DNA of 48,640 nucleotides from Myxococcota bacterium (GTDB lineage Bacteria > Myxococcota > JACRCW01): contig JBFMGU010000052.1 in assembly GCA_040752415.1 (NCBI GenBank), positions 1-48,640 of the forward strand, in the 5' to 3' direction. The notes beneath the pieces were generated by a model. That model saw nothing but the letters and a program-made list of their open reading frames with translations. It was not told where the DNA came from and did no database searches. Positions 11,972 through 20,535 of the stretch are shown in pieces (position 1 is the first letter of the stretch; each line of letters begins with the position of its first letter). The position numbers and the translations under genes were made by a program.

Positions 11972-12021
11972 ATGCGTCTACATATCACTGCAGATGCGGA
12001 CGCGCATCGGGCCCTGCATGC

Positions 12022-13842
12022 TCAATACTCCGCGCGCAGCAGGGCGCGCACGCTCCGCCCCTCCCTGGGCCCCAGCTCGACATCCCGGACACCGGTGGTG
12101 TTGTGCGCCACCAACGCGGCCTGGAACGGCCCCAGCTGCTGCCAGAAGCTGACGTGGAGCTGCACCTGCGGCCGCCACCCCGTCCCATCCATGCGCGGAC
12201 GATCCACCGCCGCCTCCCCACCCACCTCCGCGCCGGAACCCCACCGCGCGTGCTGCCACCCCACGACGAGGACTCCGCTGTGGGTCGGCGCCAACGGCAG
12301 CGGCACATCCCGACGATCATCCCGCGCCTGGTCCAGGTAGACGTAGCCGCCCCGCACGGAAAACCCGCCCTTGAGGCGTGCCATGGCCAGCTCCGTGCGC
12401 AGCCCCTGCACGTGCGCGGTGATCTTCCCGCTGCCCGGCGGCGCGGCCACACCCGTGCCAAATGCTTCCGTCTTGAGATCGGGCGCGCGGTCGGTGAGCT
12501 CGGTACGGAAGAGGACCACGGCGGCGCGCATGACGTCAGAGGGCGCGAAAAGCGCGCTGAGCCGCATGCTGCGGGAGGACTCGGCTTGCGTGCCGGTGGC
12601 GGGGAGCGCCCACGTCGGGAGCGTGGCCAGGGACGCGTCATCCACCAGGCCCGCGTAGCGGTACCCCGCGGCCACGCCACCCCGCACCACCACGTGCTCG
12701 AACGGCTCGTACCGCAGGGACAGCGACGGAGCGGCCGCGGGCTGCAACACCTCGCTGCTCTCCAGTCGCAGCGCGCCCTCGAGAGAGAACCGCTCACCCA
12801 CGCGCCACGTGTCCGCAATCAGCCCCGAGACACGAAGCCGCTGTGCCGCTCCCACGCCGCCATCCATGACCCATTCGCCCAGGGCGGTGAGCTCCAGGTG
12901 GACGCCGTGGGTGCTGATGGGCTCGCCCAGGTACCGGATGGAAGCGCCCTGCTCCACGCCCGCCCACCGGTCGCTCACCGACGTAAAACCCACCTGGCTG
13001 CCCACCCCGCCACTGCGGAGCTGCACGCGCAGCGTGTCCTGTTCCCACAGCGCAACGATCGCTTCCGTCGCCAACTGCGCCCGTCGTCGACGATCCAACA
13101 CTCCCGTCTCGACGTGCGCCTCTCTCAGGTCCGCATCCCCCCGCACCAGCACCCGACGATGCAGGTGGAACGCCCCGCCCACGCCAAGCGCGGCTCCGTG
13201 TCGCAACGGCGCGTCGGGCGAAGGCGGGCTCCACGGTGAAGACACGACCCCCAACGACGCCAGCCGCAAGTACGCCCCACCCCGCGCACCCTCGAAGGAG
13301 CCATGCGCGCTGGCCCGCGCGTCGGCGCGCCCGCGTTGCTGCGCCACGCCCAGCACCGTGGCGCTGACGCCGGTCCCGTCGACACGCCGCGTGACGATGT
13401 TGATCACCCCGCCGTCCGCGCCCGAGCCGTAGACGTGGCTCATGGGCTGGCGGATGAGCTCCACGCGCTCCACCTCGTCGAGCGTGCCGGGCAGCTCCGA
13501 GAGGTCCACCTCACCTTGCGGCCCCGGCGTCACCGGCCTCCCGTCGACGGCAACCAGCGCGCGCGCCAGCAGGCCATCCAGCACCAGCAACCGTCGACCA
13601 TCCCGCAGCTCCACCACCTGCACGCCGGGGATCGTGGCCAGCGCTTCGGAGAGATCGCGTGCGCCGCGGTTGCGCATCACGTCGACCGGCAGCACCTCGG
13701 TGAGGGGAACCACGGTGTTGGCGGGCTCCAGCGCACGTCGTGGCGCCTCCACCCACGTTGAGGGCGGCACTTCCGCGCGCGCCGCGGACCCGCACAACGC
13801 CGCGGCCACCACGGCCGACCGCCAGCCCCCGCGTGAGCGCAA
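12022..13842 (-). CDS. TonB-dependent outer-membrane receptor
   Basis: Plug motifs DLSEALATIPGV, VAVDGRP, VERVELIRQPMSHVYGSGADGGVINIVTR, and a terminal aromatic beta-strand (GRSVRALLRAEY). TTG at 13842 gives a plausible signal peptide; start uncertain. Confidence 0.85.
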   Translation of the reverse strand: MRSRGGWRSAVVAAALCGSAARAEVPPSTWVEAPRRALEPANTVVPLTEVLPVDVMRNRGARDLSEALATIPGVQVVELRDGRRLLVLDGLLARALVAVDGRPVTPGPQGEVDLSELPGTLDEVERVELIRQPMSHVYGSGADGGVINIVTRRVDGTGVSATVLGVAQQRGRADARASAHGSFEGARGGAYLRLASLGVVSSPWSPPSPDAPLRHGAALGVGGAFHLHRRVLVRGDADLREAHVETGVLDRRRRAQLATEAIVALWEQDTLRVQLRSGGVGSQVGFTSVSDRWAGVEQGASIRYLGEPISTHGVHLELTALGEWVMDGGVGAAQRLRVSGLIADTWRVGERFSLEGALRLESSEVLQPAAAPSLSLRYEPFEHVVVRGGVAAGYRYAGLVDDASLATLPTWALPATGTQAESSRSMRLSALFAPSDVMRAAVVLFRTELTDRAPDLKTEAFGTGVAAPPGSGKITAHVQGLRTELAMARLKGGFSVRGGYVYLDQARDDRRDVPLPLAPTHSGVLVVGWQHARWGSGAEVGGEAAVDRPRMDGTGWRPQVQLHVSFWQQLGPFQAALVAHNTTGVRDVELGPREGRSVRALLRAEY

Positions 13843-13844
13843 AA

Positions 13845-14363
13845 TCAGACCTTCAGGTCCTTCAGCTTGCCGTCGCGGATCCACTTCAGCGTGAAGTCGC
13901 TGGCCTTCTCATAGCTGCGCTCCACGCTCTCCTTGACCGCGCGCTCGATGATGCCGCCCACGCCAAACACGTCGACCTTGATCTCCCCCTCGATGACACG
14001 ACGGATGCCGGAGCCCTGCGCCGTGGCCAGCACCACGCCCTTGGCGGTGACCTTGTCGGGGAAGATGTTGGGTTTGACGCTCCACTCCAGGCGGAGCGCG
14101 TCTTTGTGGAGCGTGCTCTCCTCGATGTATTCGAGCTCCTTGTCGCCAATGGCCTTCTTGACCGCGGAGGGGATGGGGAAGCCGGGGACCATGCGGATGC
14201 GTCGACGGATGGTCTTGTCATCCTCCTGCCGGTCCAGCTCATCACGAGCCTTCACGCCGAGGGCGGGCTTGAGTGCGTTGTCGTAGACCGGGTCCACCAG
14301 CAGCGCGAAGAACTGCTTGGGGGTGATGTCCGGGAAGACGTGCTCGATGTGGATCTTCACCAT
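13845..14363 (-). CDS. START/SRPBCC-like protein (DUF2505-like)
   Basis: 172 aa with IPSAVKKAIG...YIEES, RRVIEGEIKVDVFGVGGIIERAV and a C-terminal helix typical of DUF2505-like proteins. Assigned by eye. Confidence 0.6.
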   Translation of the reverse strand: MVKIHIEHVFPDITPKQFFALLVDPVYDNALKPALGVKARDELDRQEDDKTIRRRIRMVPGFPIPSAVKKAIGDKELEYIEESTLHKDALRLEWSVKPNIFPDKVTAKGVVLATAQGSGIRRVIEGEIKVDVFGVGGIIERAVKESVERSYEKASDFTLKWIRDGKLKDLKV

Positions 14364-14460
14364 GGGGAACCTCCGGAACACGGCCAGATGGAGCCATGCC
14401 GGACATCCCGCTCCCGGTCAAGCCACGCTGACGACGAAGCCCGCGTTCCCCGTCGACGGG

Positions 14461-15264
14461 TCAGAACGCAACGGCAAATCCCGCGGTGAGCAGCGGGAGA
14501 CGTTCCGCGCCCACCACCAACGTGGGCCCGAAGTAGTTCTGGTTGGTCACGTAGGTGTTGAACGTGCTGAGCAGCCAGTTCTGGTACATGCCGGCGTCAA
14601 AACCGGCCACCTCGGCAAAGATGTACGTGTGCTTGTAGACGCCCTTGGCGCGCGCGCGGATGGCACGCAGCGGCTCCAGGAAATCCAACGCCACCATGAG
14701 GCCCACGGCGCCCTTCCCGCCGAATGAGAAACCCACGGCGTCCTGGCGCTGCCCCGACGAGGTGAGCGTGCTCTTGGGGAGCTGCCCGTCCTCCGTGATG
14801 GCCCACGCCGCGCCACCGAGACCGAGACGGAGGTAGGGCACCAGCGGGATGTCAAAGCGGTCCAACGCCCAGTCAAAGCGGTAGGTCAGCGTGCCCATCA
14901 ACGGGACGATGGTGAGCTCGTTGGTGGTGAGCCCGGCCTGGCTGCTGCAGTCGCTGGCGTTGGTGAGCTGGCGCGCGCGGATGGAATAGAAGCCGGCCTC
15001 GGCGCCCAGCAGCACGGTGCCGAACGCGTCGAACACGCTGATCTGGGGCGAGACAAAGCCAATAGGCCGGATGCCCAGGCCAAACGCGCACCCGAAGGCG
15101 CTGGCGCCCGACGAGGTGTCCAGCGCGTTGGCACCCCGGTAGGGGTCCGTGTCCGGGACGTAGGGCCCCATGCGCGCTTCCAGCGTCAGCTCGCCCGGGC
15201 GTGCCCAGGCCGCGACGGGCGCCGCCAACGTCAGCATCAATGCACCAACCAGCGCAGTTCTCAT
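14461..15264 (-). CDS. Outer-membrane beta-barrel protein (MXAN_2562-like)
   Basis: Signal peptide, GPYVPD, YRFD...IPLVPY, LDFLEP, HTYIFAE and C-terminal Phe (GFAVAF). Confidence 0.7.
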   Translation of the reverse strand: MRTALVGALMLTLAAPVAAWARPGELTLEARMGPYVPDTDPYRGANALDTSSGASAFGCAFGLGIRPIGFVSPQISVFDAFGTVLLGAEAGFYSIRARQLTNASDCSSQAGLTTNELTIVPLMGTLTYRFDWALDRFDIPLVPYLRLGLGGAAWAITEDGQLPKSTLTSSGQRQDAVGFSFGGKGAVGLMVALDFLEPLRAIRARAKGVYKHTYIFAEVAGFDAGMYQNWLLSTFNTYVTNQNYFGPTLVVGAERLPLLTAGFAVAF

Positions 15265-15268
15265 TGTG

Positions 15269-16369
15269 TCACCGGCTCCTGTTTCTCCTGCGAATCACCC
15301 ACCAAGCACCCGCGGCCATGAACCACCACAGGGACGAGCCCCCCATCTGCTGACAGCTCAGCCCGTAGACCGGACCCTGGTACAGGTCCAGAAAGCCATA
15401 CTCCTTCTTCGGCGTGACGAAGATGGTCTGCGTCCCCGCCGGCCCCGCGTTGCCAAAGTCATCCACGGCCCGCGCCCGCAGCTGGTACGTCACACCGTTC
15501 TCCAGCCCCGTCACCTCCACGGGGGAGCCCTGCGCGCTGCTCTCGGCATAGGCGCCGCATTCCCCCAGGTCCTCGGTGGTGGTGGCGGCGTCGGGGCGGC
15601 CGGCGTCGCGCGTGCCCCCGTCGGCGGTGCCTCCGGAGCTGCTGCTGGAGCTCCCGGTGTCCACCCCCGCCTGCTCCGGTGTGCAGCGACGGTACTGGAT
15701 CACGTACGTCATCAGCGCGCGTTCCACGTTGTCGGCGTTGGCGGGCGGGTCCACGCTGACGTGTGCCTCTCCGTCGCCCACTTCCGCGGAGATGGCGCCC
15801 GGCGCGCCCGGCGGCACGGTGTCAATGTCCGGTCCGTCGCCACCGCGGGCCACGGTGTTGTTGCCCTGCCCACCGCGGATGCCCAGGCACACCGCGCGGC
15901 GCTTCCGCACGCCGCCGTCGGTCTCGCACAGGTCGCTCATGAGATCGCTGAGCGGCGTGTAGCGCATCTGGCTCAGGCGCAGCTCGAACGCGCCCTGCCC
16001 CATGGCAATGTTGTCGAGGAGGATCTTGCCGTCCTGCGGCTCACTGCACTGCACGGGGGAAGTCAGCGTGGGCACCACCGCCACGCCGCCGCTGGAAGAG
16101 GCCGTGCTGGTGCTGGGCGCGGGGATGCTGACGTCCTGCGTGTAGAGCACGCCAGTGGGGTTGGTGAGCGTCACGCCGGTGGTGGTGACGTTGACCGTGT
16201 AGACCACCTCCACGGCGCCGGTGAGGTCGCGACACCGCTCCGCGTTGAGGCGGGGCCGGCCGTTGTCGCCGCCCTCGTACAGCGCGCCCACCTGCGCGGT
16301 GGTTGTGCCCTGGAGAATCTGCCCCGGAAGCAACGCACCCGACAGCAGGATGGGAACCAACACGTTCAT
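15269..16369 (-). CDS. Fibronectin type III domain surface protein with MYXO-CTERM-like tail (MXAN_2561-like)
   Basis: DTVPPGAP...VTGLENGVTYQLRARAVDDFGNAG is FN3-like. The tail GLSC-hydrophobic-RRRNRSR fits MYXO-CTERM. Confidence 0.7.
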   Translation of the reverse strand: MNVLVPILLSGALLPGQILQGTTTAQVGALYEGGDNGRPRLNAERCRDLTGAVEVVYTVNVTTTGVTLTNPTGVLYTQDVSIPAPSTSTASSSGGVAVVPTLTSPVQCSEPQDGKILLDNIAMGQGAFELRLSQMRYTPLSDLMSDLCETDGGVRKRRAVCLGIRGGQGNNTVARGGDGPDIDTVPPGAPGAISAEVGDGEAHVSVDPPANADNVERALMTYVIQYRRCTPEQAGVDTGSSSSSSGGTADGGTRDAGRPDAATTTEDLGECGAYAESSAQGSPVEVTGLENGVTYQLRARAVDDFGNAGPAGTQTIFVTPKKEYGFLDLYQGPVYGLSCQQMGGSSLWWFMAAGAWWVIRRRNRSR

Positions 16370-16512
16370 GGACGGAGCACCCTAGCAAGGGACGGGCCGG
16401 GTCCGTGGACGCGTTCCCGTCGGGTACCTGCTTTCCTCGCAAGGGCCCCGACGGTCAAGCTGGCAGGAGCGCGCTGCTGGAGCGGGCGGGATTTGCCAGG
16501 ATGGCAAGAGCC

Positions 16513-17436
16513 TCAGTGCGCCCGGGTGAGGCGCCGGCCCTGCTCGAACCGCACCAGCTTGGCCACGACTTCACCGATGGGGGTGGGGGTCTTGAGGAGG
16601 ACGGGGATGCGGTCCTCGTCGGCGGACATGTAGGCGGTGTACTGCCTGGCCTGGTTGGCCGCCCCGGTGCGCCCGACGATGCTGGCCACGCCGCTGGTGG
16701 CAAACGCCTTCATGGGCCCGGCCGCGGTGTCCACCTCCTCCACGCCCGTCACGCGACCACGGATCCGCCACAGGACACGGCCCTGGTACATGTCAAAGCA
16801 GTACGGCTGCCCCACCTGCACGTCGCGACTGCGCGCGTAGTACAGGATGGACAGCGCATCCACGAGGTCGGCGTCGGACTTGAAGAGGCCGTTCCACGGC
16901 TTGCCGTTGAGCGCGGTGCGCGCCTCCACCTGGCGCGTGTGTCCGTCAAAACGCACGTCCTCCTGGTAGTGGCGACCGTCCGCCTGCGTGTTGCTGCGCA
17001 TGAGCAGCGGCAGGCCGCGCGAAGGGTCGATCAACGTCGTCAGCTCCGCCTTCATGCGCGACCAGAAGCTCACCACCGCGCTGCTCTCCGCGCTCACCAC
17101 GGCGGGATACGCCACCTTGCCGCCCTCCGTGACGCGGTCCTGCAGCGTGATGTCAATCTGCGCGGCCTTGGCGCCGTTGAGCGCCACCTCGTAGGAGAGC
17201 GCCTCGCCGGGGCCGTAGGGCAAGCGTTCCTTGAGTTGCGGGACGGCCAGCTTGCCGCACCCTTCGTCGACGGCGGGCTTGGCACCGACGGTGGGCTTCA
17301 CCACGGGCTTCCGTGCGAGCGGTGCGCGCGGTTGCGTGACAGTGCCGGTGGCCCCCTCAGCCATGGCTGCCCCGCCCAGGACCATGAGGCACGTGGCCAC
17401 AAACGCAGTTGCCAGTCTTGCGTGGTGCTTGCGCAT
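16513..17436 (-). CDS. Secreted DUF3108-like protein
   Basis: Signal peptide from ATG 17436, with PGEALSYEV, DALSILYYAR and YMSADEDRIPVLLK motifs. Confidence 0.7.
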   Translation of the reverse strand: MRKHHARLATAFVATCLMVLGGAAMAEGATGTVTQPRAPLARKPVVKPTVGAKPAVDEGCGKLAVPQLKERLPYGPGEALSYEVALNGAKAAQIDITLQDRVTEGGKVAYPAVVSAESSAVVSFWSRMKAELTTLIDPSRGLPLLMRSNTQADGRHYQEDVRFDGHTRQVEARTALNGKPWNGLFKSDADLVDALSILYYARSRDVQVGQPYCFDMYQGRVLWRIRGRVTGVEEVDTAAGPMKAFATSGVASIVGRTGAANQARQYTAYMSADEDRIPVLLKTPTPIGEVVAKLVRFEQGRRLTRAH

Positions 17437-17566
17437 GTCCGTCCGCTCCCGTGAAAGCCCATCCGTTCGCGGGTGAGACGCGGCCATCCCGCCCGCATTC
17501 AAAGGCGCCGCCATGCTAACGCACGGGAAGTGGCCATCCCACGTCGACCACGGTAGGACAGCGCTC

Positions 17567-18256
17567 ATGGTGCAGCTCGGGCGGCATGCGGGAAGGACCC
17601 ACCTCCGCGCGGCCTTCACGGCCCTCATGCTGCTGGGTCTCACCGCGGATGCTGGCGCCGCTGGCTACGGTCCCACGCAGTTCGTCCGGGCGTTCGAGAA
17701 GGCGCGCGACGGCGTGGTGGCGGTGGAGGCCCGGCAAGGCACGCTCCGTCGACGGGGCAGCGGGTTCGTGGCCGCGCCCAACGGGCTCATCGTCTGCGCG
17801 AGCTACACCGTGGAGCGCGCGGAGAGCGTGCGGGTGCACGTGGGTGGCGTGTGGCAGGACGCGCGTGTGCTGGCGCTGGAGCCGGAGAAGCGCGTGGCAC
17901 TGTTGCAGGTGAGCACCACCACGCCGCTGCGCGCCCTCGCCGTGGCGCGGGAGGCGGAGCTCAAGCTGGGCACGTGGGTGGTGGCGGTGGAGCGGAAGGC
18001 CAACGGCAAGGCGCACCCCATTGCCGGGACGGTCTCGCTGGTGCCGGACAAGAAGCCCAGCGCGCGCGGCGACATCGTAATGGTGGACGCCCCGGCCATG
18101 GCGGGCGCGCCGCTGGTGAACCTGCAGGGTGAGGTGGTGGGGATTTCGCTGGGCGGCATCACCAAGCAGCGTGGGCGGGCCATCTCCCTGGCCCCGGTGC
18201 GGGACTTCCTGCGCCAGGCGGCCAGCGCCGCACCCACCGCCGACGCGAACGATTAG
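17567..18256 (+). CDS. Trypsin-like (S1C/HtrA) domain protein lacking catalytic residues, no PDZ domain
   Basis: GSGFV, VALLQV, LKLGTWVVAV and GAPLVNLQGEVVGI align with HtrA, but the His, Asp and Ser positions read Y, R and A. Confidence 0.75.
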   Translation: MVQLGRHAGRTHLRAAFTALMLLGLTADAGAAGYGPTQFVRAFEKARDGVVAVEARQGTLRRRGSGFVAAPNGLIVCASYTVERAESVRVHVGGVWQDARVLALEPEKRVALLQVSTTTPLRALAVAREAELKLGTWVVAVERKANGKAHPIAGTVSLVPDKKPSARGDIVMVDAPAMAGAPLVNLQGEVVGISLGGITKQRGRAISLAPVRDFLRQAASAAPTADAND

Positions 18257-18468
18257 TCGAGGACGATCACCACGTCCCCCTCGTGGACGGGCTGGCCTTC
18301 CTTCACCTTCACCTCGGCCACCTTCCCCGCCTTGGGCGACTCGATGGGCATCTCCATCTTCATGGACTCCAGGATCACCAGGACCTGGTCCGCGTCCACG
18401 GCATCCCCGAGCTTGACCTCGATCTTCCAGACGGTTCCGGTGATGTGGGCTTTGACCTCGGTGGCCAT
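18253..18468 (-). CDS. Stand-alone biotin/lipoyl carrier protein (71 aa)
   Basis: MATEVKAHITGTVWKI...LESMKME...GDVVIVLD. ATG at 18468 follows GGAG. Only the C-terminal end of track ORF 18253..19599 is real. Confidence 0.9.
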   Translation of the reverse strand: MATEVKAHITGTVWKIEVKLGDAVDADQVLVILESMKMEMPIESPKAGKVAEVKVKEGQPVHEGDVVIVLD

Positions 18469-18591
18469 GGGTGATTCTCCAGGAGTGGGGTGTGGGTAGG
18501 TTGGGGCCCGGGCCGCCCGACCCTTCCGGTCGGTGCGCTGGCTTGCGGGCGCGGCAGTTTCGTGGTTCCTGTGAGCCCTTGTAAAGCCTTC

Positions 18592-20532
18592 ATGTCCGAT
18601 CCCACCACCAACCCCTCTGGCGTCGTCCCTGGCGCCTCCAGCAGCGCCCGCAAGCCGCGTGTGCTCATCGTGGACAGCTCGGAGCTGGGCGGGCTGCTGC
18701 AGGCATTGTTCAACCGCAACGAGTTTGACGTGGTGGTGGCGCGGAGCGGCGTGGCGGCGTTGGATGCCATCCTCTCCCAGCCGCCCAGCGTGGCCATTGT
18801 GGAGCTGGACCTCCCCGACGCGTCCGGGGTGGATCTGCTGGACATCCTGCACCAGCCGCCGCGCGTGCCGGTGGTGGTGATCAGCTCGGTGGCGCGCCAC
18901 GCGCTGCCGCCGGAGAGGCAGGAGCGCCTGCAGCTGGCTGACGGTTTCTTCCAGAAGCCCCTCCACGGCCGCGACGTGCTCCTGATGGTCCGCAACCTCA
19001 TGGGCATCCGCGACTCCGCGGCCATCCCGGTGCCCGTGCACAGCGCGCCGCTCCCGGACGCCGACGAGGACGTGGGCCAGGTGGCGCCCCCGGAGCAGTT
19101 GGCCCCGCCGGCGTACGAGGCGGCTGAGTCGGAGGACTTCGGCCTGGAGCTGGAGGGCCTGGATGAAAGCCCGCTGCCCGCGCCTGGCCCCGCCGTCACC
19201 GCGCCCCCGCCGCCGCCCGGGGAAGCCCTGTTCACCGACGTGGATGGCTCCCACACCGCGGTGACCGCGCCCGCTCCGCCCGGCCCTCCGCCGCCGGAAG
19301 CGCTCCCCAGCCTGGTGCCTCCCCCCGCGCAGCCCGTGTTGTCGTCGTCGGAGGCGGTGGTCCAGGCTGCTGCTCCCTCGGAGCTGGTGTTCCCGGTGGC
19401 GCCCCCGCCGCTGCCCGCGCCCGAGGAGACGCCGCTCCCGCCGCCCGCGCCCAACGAGTTCGAGGCGCCCCCCATCACGTCGGTGGAGATCTCGCTGTCC
19501 GAGCCGCCTCCGTCGTCGCCGGGCATCACCATTGACGAGGTTCCGCCGGAATCCGTCAGCGCACTCCCGCCCATGGAGCCGCCACCCGCCCCGCACCACG
19601 ACGACGTCCCGCTGCTCATGGGCCTGGCCCTGGAGGATCCCGCCGCGGTGACCGTGCCGGAGGCGCCGCCCGCCATGCCGCCGCCCGCTCCGGTGCTGGA
19701 TGGTCCCGCGGACCCCGTGGACCTGATGGCCAGCTGGATGCGCAAGCGTGAGGAGTACGCGCGCGCGCCGCAGAAGCCGGTGGTTCCCACGTCGTCACCG
19801 GCGGACACGGGGAAGCTGGGGGAGGCCGGGCTCGCGGGGCTGCTGGACGCGTTCTACAGCACCAGTGAGAGCGGTCAGATCACGCTGCGTCGCGCGGAGG
19901 CCACGCGCATCCTGGCGCTGGACAAGGGCGCGGTGGTGGCGGCGCGGAGCAACGTGGCGGGGGAGCAGGTGTCCAGCCTCCTCGTCGAGAAGGGCGTGAT
20001 GGATGAGCCCACCGTGCAGGCCGAGCTGCGCGCGGTGGGTGGCAAGGTGGGCGAGCTGATGGACCGGCTGGTGAAGGCCGAGAAGCTCACTCCCAAGCAG
20101 GCGCAGACGCTCATGGCGGAGCACCGGGACCGCGTGGTGCGCGCCGCCTTCCGTTGGCACGACGCCACCTACCAGATCCAATTCGGCCCGGTGCCGCGCT
20201 CCTCCGTGCCGCCCGCGCCCATTGGCGACGTCATCCTGCGCGGCATCCTGGGCGCCTACGGCGTGGATGCGCTGCGGGAGCGGGCTCCGCGGGAGCGCAC
20301 GTTCACGCCGTCCACCGAGGGGCACTACGGCCTGGAGCGGCTCTCGCTGAACCTGGAGGAAGCGCGCGTGGTGATTGCGTGCGACGGCACCAAGACGGTG
20401 GCGGACCTCCTGGCCATCAGCGACCTCCCCGAGGAGCACGTGCTCGGCCTGATCGAGGGGTTGCGCGTGTTGAAGCTGGTGAAGCTGCTGCCACTCAAGC
20501 CGGCCAGCTCGCGCAAGGTCACGTTCTTCTGA
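18592..20532 (+). CDS. Atypical response regulator: receiver-like domain, Pro-rich linker, DUF4388-like C-terminal region
   Basis: RVLIVDSS, VAIVELDLPDASGVDLL and FFQKP mark the receiver. A long Pro/Glu linker leads to GQITLRR...LDKGAVVAARSN...FRWHDATYQI. Confidence 0.75.
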   Translation: MSDPTTNPSGVVPGASSSARKPRVLIVDSSELGGLLQALFNRNEFDVVVARSGVAALDAILSQPPSVAIVELDLPDASGVDLLDILHQPPRVPVVVISSVARHALPPERQERLQLADGFFQKPLHGRDVLLMVRNLMGIRDSAAIPVPVHSAPLPDADEDVGQVAPPEQLAPPAYEAAESEDFGLELEGLDESPLPAPGPAVTAPPPPPGEALFTDVDGSHTAVTAPAPPGPPPPEALPSLVPPPAQPVLSSSEAVVQAAAPSELVFPVAPPPLPAPEETPLPPPAPNEFEAPPITSVEISLSEPPPSSPGITIDEVPPESVSALPPMEPPPAPHHDDVPLLMGLALEDPAAVTVPEAPPAMPPPAPVLDGPADPVDLMASWMRKREEYARAPQKPVVPTSSPADTGKLGEAGLAGLLDAFYSTSESGQITLRRAEATRILALDKGAVVAARSNVAGEQVSSLLVEKGVMDEPTVQAELRAVGGKVGELMDRLVKAEKLTPKQAQTLMAEHRDRVVRAAFRWHDATYQIQFGPVPRSSVPPAPIGDVILRGILGAYGVDALRERAPRERTFTPSTEGHYGLERLSLNLEEARVVIACDGTKTVADLLAISDLPEEHVLGLIEGLRVLKLVKLLPLKPASSRKVTFF

Positions 20533-20535
20533 GGG

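Noticed and set aside
18253..19599. 448-aa ORF appearing to fuse an Arg-rich region to a biotinyl domain
   Set aside because: Only the last 71 aa are coherent and they have their own SD and ATG. The rest is antisense to the response regulator.
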